DNA of 64,000 nucleotides from Dehalococcoidia bacterium (GTDB lineage Bacteria; Chloroflexota; Dehalococcoidia; Lucifugimonadales; UBA826): NCBI GenBank assembly GCA_045564655.1, contig JBJLGX010000020.1, positions 3,864 to 67,863 of the forward strand, read 5' to 3'. Shown piece by piece: positions 1 to 9,156 of this stretch (position 1 is its first letter; each line of letters starts with the position of its first letter). The notes under the pieces were generated by a model. It saw only the letters and a program-made list of their open reading frames with translations, ran no database searches and was not told where the DNA came from. The position numbers and the translations under genes were made by a program.

Positions 1-1
1 A

Positions 2-337
2 GATGGGATATGGGAAGGAGGAATACGGACACAGGGAAAACATGAAGGCCGTGATGCTATACGATCTTATTTCACAGGTACTAGTAGTCGTATTACATTT
101 TCAGTCCACAATGCTATCAACCCTATTATCGAAGTTGATGGAGACACTGCCCACGCAAGTTGGAATTTATTTCAACCCTGCACAGAATCAGGACAAGCCT
201 ATTGGGTATCAGGTGTATACCAAGATGATTACGTGAAAGTAGATGGGCAATGGTTTTTTAAGCACCTTAGGATAACTTTTAATTTTTGGACGCCTTTTGA
301 ACAGGGTTGGGAGAAACAACCTTTCCCGAATCCGTAA
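2..337 (+). CDS. SnoaL/NTF2-like domain protein, 5'-truncated by the window edge. Tandem paralog of 510..980.
   Basis: Frame 2 is open from the window edge to TAA 335-337. It reads DGIWEGG...HNAINPIIEVDGDTAHASWNLFQPC...GQWFFKHL...FEQGWEKQPFPNP, collinear with the C-terminal 110 aa of 510..980 (about two thirds identical by eye). The track ORF 3..236 is in the wrong frame. Confidence 0.7.
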   Translation, partial: DGIWEGGIRTQGKHEGRDAIRSYFTGTSSRITFSVHNAINPIIEVDGDTAHASWNLFQPCTESGQAYWVSGVYQDDYVKVDGQWFFKHLRITFNFWTPFEQGWEKQPFPNP

Positions 338-509
338 TTTCAACTCAGTGTAAAAAATAATTGAGTAAGAGAGGTACTAGATTCCTATTGGAACAGGGAG
401 GCATCCGTTTAAAACTTGGCATTGATAGATCTGAACGTAGTCCTGAATTATCAATGGTTGTAATATATGATATATATTCTGACAATAACAATCCTAAAAA
501 GGAGCTAAC

Positions 510-980
510 ATGACCGATCATGATCTCACTGCTAGAATTCAACGCCTAGAAGACATAGAAGCCATCCGTAATCTTAAGGCTAAGTATTGTGCTTTTTGTG
601 ATGACGGTTATGACGCTGATGGCATAGCTAGTTTGTTTGTAGAAGACGCGGTATGGGAAGGAGGAGTGCCGGTACGGAAAAAATACGAAGGTCGCGAAGC
701 TATAAGGGCTTTGTTTAGCGGAATGAGTAGTGCGCTCACATTCGCCGTTCACAATGTTATCAATCCTATTATTGAAGTTGATGGGGACACTGCCCACGCA
801 ACTTGGAATCTACTTCAGCCTTGTACAAAAGATGGACAGGCCTATTGGGGATCAGGTGTATATCAAGAGGATCTCGTGAAAATAAATGGACAATGGTTTT
901 TTAAGAACCTTGAAATAACTTCTAATTTCTTCTCACCTTTCGACCAGGGTTGGGTTAAACAACGTTTCCCTAACCCGTAA
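510..980 (+). CDS. SnoaL-like / NTF2-fold protein (SnoaL_4-type)
   Basis: N-terminal LEDIEAIRNLKAKYCAFCDDG and the EVDGDTAHATWNL...GQWFFKNL pattern are typical of SnoaL_4/NTF2-like proteins. AAGGAG RBS lies 6 nt upstream of the ATG. Confidence 0.75.
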   Translation: MTDHDLTARIQRLEDIEAIRNLKAKYCAFCDDGYDADGIASLFVEDAVWEGGVPVRKKYEGREAIRALFSGMSSALTFAVHNVINPIIEVDGDTAHATWNLLQPCTKDGQAYWGSGVYQEDLVKINGQWFFKNLEITSNFFSPFDQGWVKQRFPNP

Positions 981-1019
981 ACTCAATCAGTATAAAAAAT
1001 AACTGAGCAAAAGGGTCGA

Positions 1020-1048
1020 CTGGGTACAGAAAACATACCTGTTCCCAG
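1020..1048. terminator. Candidate bidirectional terminator hairpin between convergent genes
   Basis: ctgggtacag / ctgttcccag form a 10-bp stem with one T.T mismatch and a 9-nt loop. It starts immediately after the ribokinase stop and 40 nt after the SnoaL stop. The minus-strand side is followed by a T-rich run. Confidence 0.45.
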
Positions 1049-1049
1049 A

Positions 1050-1991
1050 TTAAGATTTGATAAATGTTCTAAGGAAATTTTCAACATTATTTCTATTTGG
1101 CATAGCTGTTTGGGCGCCTTGTTCTGTAACAGATAAAGCAGCTGAAGCATTGGCAAAATTGCAGGCATCTAAAAAGTTATTACCCTCTGCTATTGATATT
1201 GCTAATCCGGCAATAAAAGCATCACCTGCTCCGATTGTATCAATAACATCTACCTCAAAACCTTTTATTATTTTTGCATTACTATCAAAAAATACAGCTA
1301 CCCCTTCTTTATTTAATGTTATTAATGGAATAACTTCGGGGTACAACCTTGATATTGCTTCACAAGCCTGTACAGCTTGTTCGGGGGTTTTAATATTTAA
1401 TCCTGTTATCTTTTCAGCTTCTATACTGTTAGGGGTTAAATATGAGCAAAACTCCATAATACCAATAGATTCATCATTTGAAGGGGCTGGATCCCAAAAT
1501 ACTGGAATATTTTTTGATTTAGCATATTTAGCTATTGAAATATTTAGTTCAAGAGGGACTTCATTTTGGAGTAACAAAAAGTCAGCACCTTTGAGAGATT
1601 CTTTAGCTACTTTAAACTGCTCTTCTGGGAAAGACATATTGGCTCCATATACAGCTGAAATAGAGTTTTCACCATATTTGTCGACAGATATAAGGGCTAC
1701 ACCAGTGGAAGCCTCTTTATCTACAAGCACAAAGGAATCATCTATATTGTGCAGAGATAATGATTCTTTAAGTTCTTTTCCGAAATTGTCATTTCCAACT
1801 CTTCCAACCATTCTTATGTTTGCTCCTAGATTTGCGCAAGCAACAGCCTGATTAGCTCCTTTACCACCTGGTATGGTTGTGAAATGATTGGCAGATAAAG
1901 TTTCACCAGGTTTTGGAATATTTTCTCCTGTTACAACCAAATCCATATTTAGGCTTCCAACAACAACTCCAGTAACATTATTTTGTTTCAT
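1050..1991 (-). CDS. rbsK: Ribokinase (PfkB family)
   Basis: Motifs GSLNMDLV, PGGKGANQAVA and DTIGAGDAF, with the anion-hole NxxA region. ATG at 1991 is preferred over the track start 2003 because AGGTGG lies 9 nt upstream. Confidence 0.85.
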   Translation of the reverse strand: MKQNNVTGVVVGSLNMDLVVTGENIPKPGETLSANHFTTIPGGKGANQAVACANLGANIRMVGRVGNDNFGKELKESLSLHNIDDSFVLVDKEASTGVALISVDKYGENSISAVYGANMSFPEEQFKVAKESLKGADFLLLQNEVPLELNISIAKYAKSKNIPVFWDPAPSNDESIGIMEFCSYLTPNSIEAEKITGLNIKTPEQAVQACEAISRLYPEVIPLITLNKEGVAVFFDSNAKIIKGFEVDVIDTIGAGDAFIAGLAISIAEGNNFLDACNFANASAALSVTEQGAQTAMPNRNNVENFLRTFIKS

Positions 1992-2149
1992 TCTTAAAAC
2001 CACCTAATTAATTAAAAGAAGCAATGAGATAAAAGTTTTATTATCAGCCTACTTGAATGATATGATGACATTTCTTCATTTGCATTGTAAATCATTGAAG
2101 TTTTGCAATTTATAAGAAGTAACTAAATTAAAAGGATTAATATTGAACT

Positions 2150-3097
2150 ATGAAAACTAACTTAAAAACTTCGTTTATTCCAAAAACTAATGTTCAAATT
2201 ACGCAACTTGGTATGGGCGGAGCTCCTTTACAGGATAAATGGGGAACTACTAGAGAAGATGCCCTTGGAGCCTTAAGAACAGCTTACGATGAAGGCGTTA
2301 GATATTTTGATACAGCACCATTTTATGGATCAGGATCAAGTGAGATATATAATGGCGAGTTTCTTTCATCAATAAATCGAAATGATTTTGTATTATCAAG
2401 TAAGGTAGGGAGACTGATACAACCTGATAAAACAGCAACATTCAATTATTCACGAGATGATGTGTTACAGTCGATTGAGGAGAGCCTAACTCGTCTTAAT
2501 CTAGACTCAATCGATATTTTATTTATACATGATCCTGATGATCATTATGAAGAAGCACTAAATCAGGCCTATCCAACTATTGCAGAGCTTAAATCTCAAG
2601 GAGTTATTAAAGCAATAGGTGTTGGGATGAATCAGTGGGAGATGTTATCGCGATTTGCAAATGAAGCAGACTTTGATTGTTTTTTGCTTGCAGGTAGATA
2701 TACCTTGTTAGATCATTCGGCTCTGCATGAGTTTATGCCATTGTGTGTTGAGAAAGAGATTGGAGTTATCATAGGAGGTCCTTATAATAGTGGTGTTCTT
2801 GCATCAGATTTGAATACTGAAACCACATATTTTTACCAACCTGCTCCAGATGATATCGTTCATAGAACTCGTACAATAAAGGCAATCTGTGATAGATATG
2901 ACGTTCCATTAAAGGCTGTAGCACTTCAGTTTGGACTCAACCATCCTGCAGTAATATCTACTATTCCAGGGCCTAGAAATTCTGAGCATATGTTAGAAAA
3001 TATAAAAATGTCTGAAGTTGATATTAATCCTGATTTATGGGAAGAATTGAAACATGAAAATCTTATAGATAGAGATTGCCCGACGAAATCTATTTAA
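2150..3097 (+). CDS. Aldo/keto reductase (aldose/fucose 1-dehydrogenase-like)
   Basis: AKR pattern: LGMGGAPL, YFDTAPFYGSG, LDSIDILFIHDPD, and a C-terminal IPGPRNSEHMLEN. Confidence 0.85.
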   Translation: MKTNLKTSFIPKTNVQITQLGMGGAPLQDKWGTTREDALGALRTAYDEGVRYFDTAPFYGSGSSEIYNGEFLSSINRNDFVLSSKVGRLIQPDKTATFNYSRDDVLQSIEESLTRLNLDSIDILFIHDPDDHYEEALNQAYPTIAELKSQGVIKAIGVGMNQWEMLSRFANEADFDCFLLAGRYTLLDHSALHEFMPLCVEKEIGVIIGGPYNSGVLASDLNTETTYFYQPAPDDIVHRTRTIKAICDRYDVPLKAVALQFGLNHPAVISTIPGPRNSEHMLENIKMSEVDINPDLWEELKHENLIDRDCPTKSI

Positions 3098-3130
3098 TCT
3101 TTTCTTTAAAAGCTAAATTAGCACTATGAG

Positions 3131-3981
3131 TTATTTCCATGTTTGAACACCTCCGTGATGAGAACATGTGCCACTTCTATTTGTGCTATAGCTAACTGTT
3201 CCATCCTTACATATTGCTGTCGGAGACTCATTTAAAGTAGATGCACATTTCCATAAACCACTTTGTGAAAAAATAGCCTGTTTTTGAAGGGTTAGATATT
3301 TTGATTCACGACCCCCCCCCCCCCCCCCCCACTAGGTATTTCGGTATAAACTCTAGCTAATCCATATTTTACTAATTCGGCATTGTAATCAATTTCATGT
3401 TCTGTAGCAGAATGGATATATGCTAAAAGTCTTTCGTATTTGTCTCGTTGAGAGCCAATATCTAAATCATCATATAGATGGATTTTTGTACCGGGAGGAA
3501 GATTAGATGACAAAAATTCAGTTGCTTTATCTCCCCACATATCTAAACAGGTTATGTCAGTTATGTTGCCATATTCTCCTAGTTTATTTGGCATAGATGT
3601 TTCTGGAGTATCAATTCCAAGTAGCCTGACTTTATCAGTAGTTCCATCGGGAAATTCTATTACGATGGTGTCTCCATCGATAATTCTATTAACTATTACT
3701 TCTGCTTCATAAAATAAATTGACAGGTTCAGTGATATTTGGCATTACAGTCGAGGCAACGTTAACGTTGGTTATCGAAGGAGATAAACTAGAGTTATTAG
3801 AAATTGATTTAGTAGGTAAAGGTGTTGCTGGGTCGTATTGATCCGTAGTGCTAATTTTTGATTGGACGGTTGACGCAGGATTTTGTAAGGGATCATCAGT
3901 ATTAGTAACAAAAACACGAGTCAAAATAAATACAATTACTATCAACAATAATATGAAAAATGCTTTTTGCTTGTATATCAT
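3131..3981 (-). pseudogene. Membrane-anchored thermonuclease (SNase) fused to a DUF3761-like Cys domain, with the frame broken at a poly(G)19 tract
   Basis: The track ORF 3292..3981 carries an N-terminal TM, a Ser/Thr/Pro-rich linker and SNase motifs (DGDTI, VRLLGIDTPE, ERLLAYI, AELVKYGLARV). It then runs into GGGGGG and stops. Frame -1 after the tract (3310..3131) reads RESKYLTLQKQAIFSQSGLWKCASTLNESPTAICKDGTVSYSTNRSGTCSHHGGVQTWK*. This contains the SNase C-terminal helix (GLW) plus a C.DG..S.S....GTCS.HGGV motif. Confidence 0.7.
3312..3330. repeat. Homopolymer: 19 consecutive C (G on the coding strand)
   Basis: Counted directly: a + 9 C at 3311-3320 and 10 C at 3321-3330. Confidence 0.98.
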
Positions 3982-4064
3982 TACAGAATTTCCAAATTGT
4001 TAAGTTATCGATATTATAGCTCTAATGATATTATGAGATTTATTTGAGATGTGTAGGAGAAATC

Positions 4065-5714
4065 ATGATTAGTGTTTCAAGAGCTATTGCGAAAGCTTTA
4101 AAAGAAGAAGGAATAAAATGGGTATCAACGTTTCCTGTCTGTCGAGTAAATAATTCATTAGGGGAAGAAAATGTTCCTATGATTATGATGAGAGACGACA
4201 GATATGCAGTTGCTTTGGCAGATGGATTTTCTCGTGTCACAGCTGGAAAAGAAATTGGAGTTTGTACTGTACAGGGAGATGTTAATGCTGCAGGAATTCA
4301 AGTTGCATATGCTGGATTAGCTCAAGCTTTTGAGGACGGATCACCTATCCTATGTATTACAGATGGGATTTCAAGTGGAGATTCCGAAAACACACAATTT
4401 GATGTTACAACTAGTTTGAAATCTGTTACTAAGTGGTATGGGTATATAGATAAGCCCGAAAGAACACATGAGTTTATGCGCCGAGCTTTTTCTATGCTTA
4501 GAAATGGCGCACCCGGTCCGGTAGTTATCGCTGTTCCTGATGCTAATGCTGAATTTGATGAGACATTAGATCCATACTTTACTTCTAAGCCATATAAATA
4601 TGCTCCAGATCCGGCTGATGTAGAAGAAGCCATCAAACTTGTTATGGATGCAGAGAATCCGATTATGTACATTGGTGAAGGGGTAGTTTATGGAGATGCC
4701 GGTGAAAGTTTATTAGAATTCGCAGAACTTTCTGATATTCCAGTGATAACAACTTTAAAAGCCAAAGGCATATTCCCAGAATCACATCCGTTATCTGTCG
4801 GTGTTAGGGGTTCACACACAGCTAATTTCTTAAGAGATAGTGATTTGGTTTTATCAATAGGATCTAGCCTTTCTCCAGGTAGATTTTCCCACGGCATACC
4901 TAATGCAACCGATAAGAAGATCATATATTGTGGGTTAAATGAATTACATATAAATAAGATGTTCCCGACTACACACGCAGTTTTAGGTGATGCTTTATTT
5001 ACTCTAAAAGCTCTTATTCAAGAGTTAAAAGATAAAACATCAGGTAAAGGCAGGTCTAACGCAAAAATATTTAAAATTATTGAAGATCAGCGTGCGGAAG
5101 ATGATGCTATATATGAACCTGCTATGAAATCTTCTGATAAACCAATTAATCCTTATAGGGTTTATTCAGAGATGATGAAAATTTTAGATCCTAAAAATTC
5201 ATTTGTAACTCACGAATCTGGAAATACGAGAGATCAACTTAGTACTGTTTACCAAACAGAGGTTTCCCGAGGATTCTTAGGTTGGGGTAATGTGTCTACA
5301 CTTGGGTTTAGTTTGCCGGTAGCTATGGCTGCAAAGATTGCTTCCCCAGAAAGGCCTTCTATTTTAGTCACAGGAGAAGCAGGAGTAGGTTATATGTTAG
5401 GGAATTTAGAAGTTCCTGTTAGGGAAAATATTCCAATTACAGTTATACATATTAGTAATGGAGGGTTTTCAGGTTACGGTCCAGGATTTTGGGGTGAAGG
5501 TCATGATCCTTATACTCATCAAGTACTTACATATGAAACAATAGATATGTCGAAGATGATCAAAGAACTTGGATTTTACACTGAGAGAATAACAGAACCA
5601 GATGAAGTTGCTGCTGCCATCCAACGTGCACTTGAGGCTAATGAGACTGGACAATCCTCTTATATAGAGTTTATTTGTAGTCAATATCCTGTTTATGGAG
5701 GATGGATTAAGTAA
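4065..5714 (+). CDS. Thiamine-pyrophosphate-dependent enzyme (acetolactate synthase large-subunit-like)
   Basis: Three-domain ALS/POX-like layout: N-terminal PYR domain (GIKWVSTFP...GDVNAAGIQVAYA...SPILCITD) and a C-terminal TPP motif GEAGVGYM...(x24)...ISNGG. ATG 4065 has AGGAGA 8 nt upstream. The track TTG 4044 is less likely. Confidence 0.8.
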   Translation: MISVSRAIAKALKEEGIKWVSTFPVCRVNNSLGEENVPMIMMRDDRYAVALADGFSRVTAGKEIGVCTVQGDVNAAGIQVAYAGLAQAFEDGSPILCITDGISSGDSENTQFDVTTSLKSVTKWYGYIDKPERTHEFMRRAFSMLRNGAPGPVVIAVPDANAEFDETLDPYFTSKPYKYAPDPADVEEAIKLVMDAENPIMYIGEGVVYGDAGESLLEFAELSDIPVITTLKAKGIFPESHPLSVGVRGSHTANFLRDSDLVLSIGSSLSPGRFSHGIPNATDKKIIYCGLNELHINKMFPTTHAVLGDALFTLKALIQELKDKTSGKGRSNAKIFKIIEDQRAEDDAIYEPAMKSSDKPINPYRVYSEMMKILDPKNSFVTHESGNTRDQLSTVYQTEVSRGFLGWGNVSTLGFSLPVAMAAKIASPERPSILVTGEAGVGYMLGNLEVPVRENIPITVIHISNGGFSGYGPGFWGEGHDPYTHQVLTYETIDMSKMIKELGFYTERITEPDEVAAAIQRALEANETGQSSYIEFICSQYPVYGGWIK

Positions 5715-5721
5715 TTTCATC

Positions 5722-6663
5722 ATGTTAAAAAAGAAAATCTCATTATTGATAGTTAGTTTCATTTTGTCACTCATAGTTTTACTCATTATGAGTGAATGTG
5801 TGTTGCGTAATGTAGGGTTAGGCGATCCGGTTATTTATTATTCAGATCCTGCGTTTGGGTATTCCTTAGAGCCTAATCAAAAGGTAGAACGTCTTCGAGG
5901 TTCTACAGTGACTATCAATGAAAGTGGATTAAGGTCATTGCAGACTTGGCAAGATGTGGATAAGCAGAAAATCTTATTTTTAGGAGACAGTGTTACATAT
6001 GGAGGTTCCTATGTAACAGATAAGGATATTTTTTCAGAACTAGTCTGTAAAGACATGGTGGAATACATTTGCGGTAACGCAGGAGTTAATGGATACGGTG
6101 TTCTTAATATGGTTATGCGCTCAAGATTTGACTCTGCCCTTGATGATGCAGACATAATTGTGTTTACACTTGTTCCAGGAGATTTTAAAAGAGGTTTAAC
6201 AACAATTAAACATCTACCATATTTTGTAGGGAAGCCGTCTGGATTGGGATATAACTTATTTCCTGCTATTACTGAAACAATAAATTTTGCGTCATATAAA
6301 TTTCATATTGGTAACTCAATCTCAAAATCTAATGATCATAATGAATGGATTCCTCCTGATTATTCTCGTGAATCGACTGAATTTGCGTTAGAAATTCTGA
6401 ATGATGAGGTGAAAAGATTACAATCACAGGGTAAAAATGTTTTTATTTTCTTAAGTCCTCAAAGAAATGATCCAGATTTTAAGGATGAATTGGCTAACAT
6501 AATTGATAATGATTTAATGCTGAATTATGAGAAATATTATATGAGAGGAGATTTTTTAAACAAAGATGAATATTTTTATGATTCTGTTCATTACGAAAAC
6601 TTAGGGCATGCAAAAGTTGCAAATAAAATGACGCAAATGCTGTCAGACTTTAAATTAAAATAA
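5722..6663 (+). CDS. SGNH/GDSL-type hydrolase with an N-terminal signal anchor
   Basis: Block I ILFLGDSVTYGG, a Gly block NAGVNGYG, and block V DSVHYENLGH. N-terminal MLKKKISLLIVSFILSLIVLLIM. An alternative start at 5695 is possible. Confidence 0.65.
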   Translation: MLKKKISLLIVSFILSLIVLLIMSECVLRNVGLGDPVIYYSDPAFGYSLEPNQKVERLRGSTVTINESGLRSLQTWQDVDKQKILFLGDSVTYGGSYVTDKDIFSELVCKDMVEYICGNAGVNGYGVLNMVMRSRFDSALDDADIIVFTLVPGDFKRGLTTIKHLPYFVGKPSGLGYNLFPAITETINFASYKFHIGNSISKSNDHNEWIPPDYSRESTEFALEILNDEVKRLQSQGKNVFIFLSPQRNDPDFKDELANIIDNDLMLNYEKYYMRGDFLNKDEYFYDSVHYENLGHAKVANKMTQMLSDFKLK

Positions 6664-6828
6664 GGTATATATAAATGGACCTACTCCAGTTGCACTTCCT
6701 ACAACAATCAAAAGTCCAAAAAATAGAAGTATGGATACCATAGGTATCATCCACCACATTTTAAAGTTCCACAAAAATACTAAAAGATCCCACGCAATAC
6801 TAAATTTAAGTGCGATAGCTTTTAACAT
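6655..6828 (-). CDS. DUF5989 / SxtK-like small membrane protein (57 aa), absent from the ORF track
   Basis: My own translation: MLKAIALKFSIAWDLLVFLWNFKMWWMIPMVSILLFFGLLIVVGSATGVGPFIYTLF*. The ending ...WW.IP...LL.FG.LIV..GSA...PFIYTLF is the hallmark of DUF5989 proteins that accompany carbamoyltransferases. GGAGG lies 7 nt upstream of the ATG, and the ORF starts 35 nt after the carbamoyltransferase stop. Confidence 0.7.
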   Translation of the reverse strand: MLKAIALKFSIAWDLLVFLWNFKMWWMIPMVSILLFFGLLIVVGSATGVGPFIYTLF

Positions 6829-6862
6829 TCATGTCCTCCATATAATCATATATTTTACAATC

Positions 6863-8641
6863 TTATGGTTTATCTACAATATGATTTCCTATCACTAAAG
6901 TGTCGATTCCGCTATTTCTAAATGTATTTAGTGCGTCATCAGGAGATGTGACAACTGGCTCTCCACGGACATTAAATGAAGTATTAAGTAAAATTGGGAT
7001 TCCTGTCGATTCCCCAAATTTTTCAATTAGTTTGTAGTAGCTTGGGTTAGTATCTTTATGTACAGTTTGAACTCTCGCTGTTCCCATATGGCTTACAGCT
7101 GGAATCAGGTCTTGTTTATCTTCATGCACATCTGTTACTAGAAGCATAAACCTAGCAGCCATATTGTCCATGGCATTTGGAAGATCAAAGTAAGATTCAG
7201 TAGATTCAGCTAAAATGGAAGGCGCAAATGGCCTAAAAGGTTCACGGAATTTAATTTTTGTATTTACGAGGTCTTTCATTTCATTGCTGCGAGGATCAGC
7301 TAATATACTTCTATTTCCTAACGCTCTAGGGCCCCATTCAAATCTTCCGTTAAATCGACCAATGACCTTTCCTGATATAAGCCTGTCAACAGTCATATCT
7401 AGTAAATCAGTTTCATTCTGAATATGCTGGGATTTAAATTCTGAAGCTTCGATAGATTTTCCGATTTGATCGTCATCATATGATTCGCCCCAATATGCAT
7501 GATCCATAACAAAGCGATTTTCATTATTCCCTAATCCGTCATGCCATAGATATAAAGCAGCTCCTAATGCACATCCACCATCACCAGCTGCGGGTTGTAT
7601 ATATAAGTTTTCAACGGGTGTTTCTCTTAATATTCTTCCATTAGCGACAGAATTTAGTGCTACTCCTCCTGCAAGGCATAAATTGTTTGAACCAGATCGT
7701 CGACATGCCTCTTTTGCTAAAGATAATATTATTTCTTCGGCAACAATTTGTATGCTTGCTGCTATATCAGCATAATGTTGATTGTATTCAGATAATTCTT
7801 CAAAATTGGAAGGTTTTTTCCCAAAATAAGAAGGGTAACCACTAGATTTTGTGAAAAATGGGATATTTGGATCACGCGGTTTCCCAAATAATTCAGACAT
7901 TTTTTTAGTAAATGATTTTTTGGTACTGTAGTGGAATGACAAATATTTTGGATCAAGCCAAAATGAATTATCATCATTCATACGAATAATTTTGTATACT
8001 TCGTCGATATATTTAGGTTCTCCGTATGGAGCCATCCCCATAACTTTGTATTCACCTTCGTTCACTTCAAAGCCTAAGAAAGCTGTAAATGCGCTGTATA
8101 GTAGCCCTAGAGAGTGCGGGAAATGGATTTCTTCTTCAATTTCTAATTTTGACCCAGTTCCTTTTCCCATAGTTGTTGTTGCCCATTCACCCACTCCGTC
8201 GAAAGTTAATATTGCAGATTCTTGAAAAGGAGAACAGTAGTAAGCACTTGCAGCGTGGGAAATATGGTGTTCGGAAAACATTATTTTTTTGGGATCTATT
8301 TTTAGATGCTCAGCTATTAGGCCCTTAATCCATAATTTATCAAATAACCACGTTCTCATACTTTGCACAAACATCCAGTACGTTTTTGGGAAACCTTGGA
8401 TGGCTGTTTTTAATAATCGTTCGAATTTTGTAAAAGGTTTTTCAAAAAATACAACATAATCTATGTCAGAAGCATCAATTGATGCTTCTTTTAAACAAAA
8501 TTCTATAGCATTAGTTGGATATGAATAATCATGTTTAATTCTCGTAAAGCGCTCTTCTTCTGCCGCTGCAACTAGATGCCCGTCACTAATTAGTGCGGCT
8601 GACGCATCGTGGAAATAACATGATATGCCTAAAATTATCAA
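6863..8641 (-). CDS. Carbamoyltransferase (NodU/CmcH/SxtI family)
   Basis: 592 aa. N-terminal ILGISCYFHDASAALI (ASKHA/Kae1-like domain), AGGVALNSVANG, and C-terminal NTSFNVRGEPVV, typical of O-carbamoyltransferases. Confidence 0.9.
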   Translation of the reverse strand: MIILGISCYFHDASAALISDGHLVAAAEEERFTRIKHDYSYPTNAIEFCLKEASIDASDIDYVVFFEKPFTKFERLLKTAIQGFPKTYWMFVQSMRTWLFDKLWIKGLIAEHLKIDPKKIMFSEHHISHAASAYYCSPFQESAILTFDGVGEWATTTMGKGTGSKLEIEEEIHFPHSLGLLYSAFTAFLGFEVNEGEYKVMGMAPYGEPKYIDEVYKIIRMNDDNSFWLDPKYLSFHYSTKKSFTKKMSELFGKPRDPNIPFFTKSSGYPSYFGKKPSNFEELSEYNQHYADIAASIQIVAEEIILSLAKEACRRSGSNNLCLAGGVALNSVANGRILRETPVENLYIQPAAGDGGCALGAALYLWHDGLGNNENRFVMDHAYWGESYDDDQIGKSIEASEFKSQHIQNETDLLDMTVDRLISGKVIGRFNGRFEWGPRALGNRSILADPRSNEMKDLVNTKIKFREPFRPFAPSILAESTESYFDLPNAMDNMAARFMLLVTDVHEDKQDLIPAVSHMGTARVQTVHKDTNPSYYKLIEKFGESTGIPILLNTSFNVRGEPVVTSPDDALNTFRNSGIDTLVIGNHIVDKP

Positions 8642-8651
8642 AATATATCTC

Positions 8652-8882
8652 TTAATATTGTCTTTTCATTGATTCAAATACACTTTCAGGACTATAACTT
8701 TTGTGTTTCCAGTTAGATTTAGAGTGTTTCCGTAAAATAAGAGGATCAGCAAATAATTTAAAAGGAATAGCCATGACAGAAACGAAAGTCCAATAGATTA
8801 CTGTTAATATAATCATCATTTGGATCGTGCCTAATTTGTCAGCAAACTTTAGCCAGGCAGCCCACACTTTTTTTCTAGTCAT
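8652..8882 (-). CDS. Small membrane protein in the carbamoyltransferase-associated (SxtJ-like) position; family label uncertain
   Basis: 76 aa with one or two TM segments (IQMMIILTVIYWTFVSVMAIPF). Packed tightly: 10 nt from the downstream carbamoyltransferase and 2 nt from the upstream redoxin. Confidence 0.5.
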   Translation of the reverse strand: MTRKKVWAAWLKFADKLGTIQMMIILTVIYWTFVSVMAIPFKLFADPLILRKHSKSNWKHKSYSPESVFESMKRQY

Positions 8883-8884
8883 AG

Positions 8885-9124
8885 TTATATTTTGATCTTT
8901 TTCTCTAAATCTTCGTTTGTTGGTTCTACTAGTACGGATCCATCTTCGAATACTATTGTTGGAACCCTTTGTACCCCGTTATTTAAAGTTTTTATGTATT
9001 CAGCATATTCTGGTTCTTCATCAACATCTGTCCAATCGTATTCTATATTGTTACTGTCAAGATAATCTTTTGATCTGTGGCAGTCGCCACACCAAGTTGT
9101 TCCATACATTTTTATTTTCGCCAT
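8885..9124 (-). CDS. Glutaredoxin-like protein (mycoredoxin/NrdH-like, CGDC active site)
   Basis: MYGTTWCGDCHRSKDYL...VPTIVFEDGS: thioredoxin fold with CxxC and a cis-Pro VPT. Confidence 0.8.
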   Translation of the reverse strand: MAKIKMYGTTWCGDCHRSKDYLDSNNIEYDWTDVDEEPEYAEYIKTLNNGVQRVPTIVFEDGSVLVEPTNEDLEKKIKI

Positions 9125-9156
9125 GACTCAATATCTCCCATGAATCTAGATTATCA

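Noticed and set aside
3..236. Track ORF of 77 aa at the left edge
   Set aside because: It is out of frame relative to the clear SnoaL-like paralog that reads through 2..337. Its sequence has no similarity to anything, whereas the overlapping frame matches 510..980.
1057..1851. 264-aa ORF antisense to ribokinase. Similar long antisense ORFs occur at 58878..59336, 27606..28013, 45977..46363 and 63443..63832.
   Set aside because: The opposite strand carries genes with unambiguous catalytic motifs. The antisense translations are low-complexity Ser/Ile/Leu/Phe-rich, as expected for shadow ORFs in AT-rich DNA.
3312..3330. Poly(C) tract as a chimeric assembly junction or mobile-element insertion site
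   Set aside because: Sequences on both sides belong to the same SNase-family gene and are collinear with the family domain order. No unrelated DNA is joined here. An artefactual or real length change within the gene remains possible (see findings).
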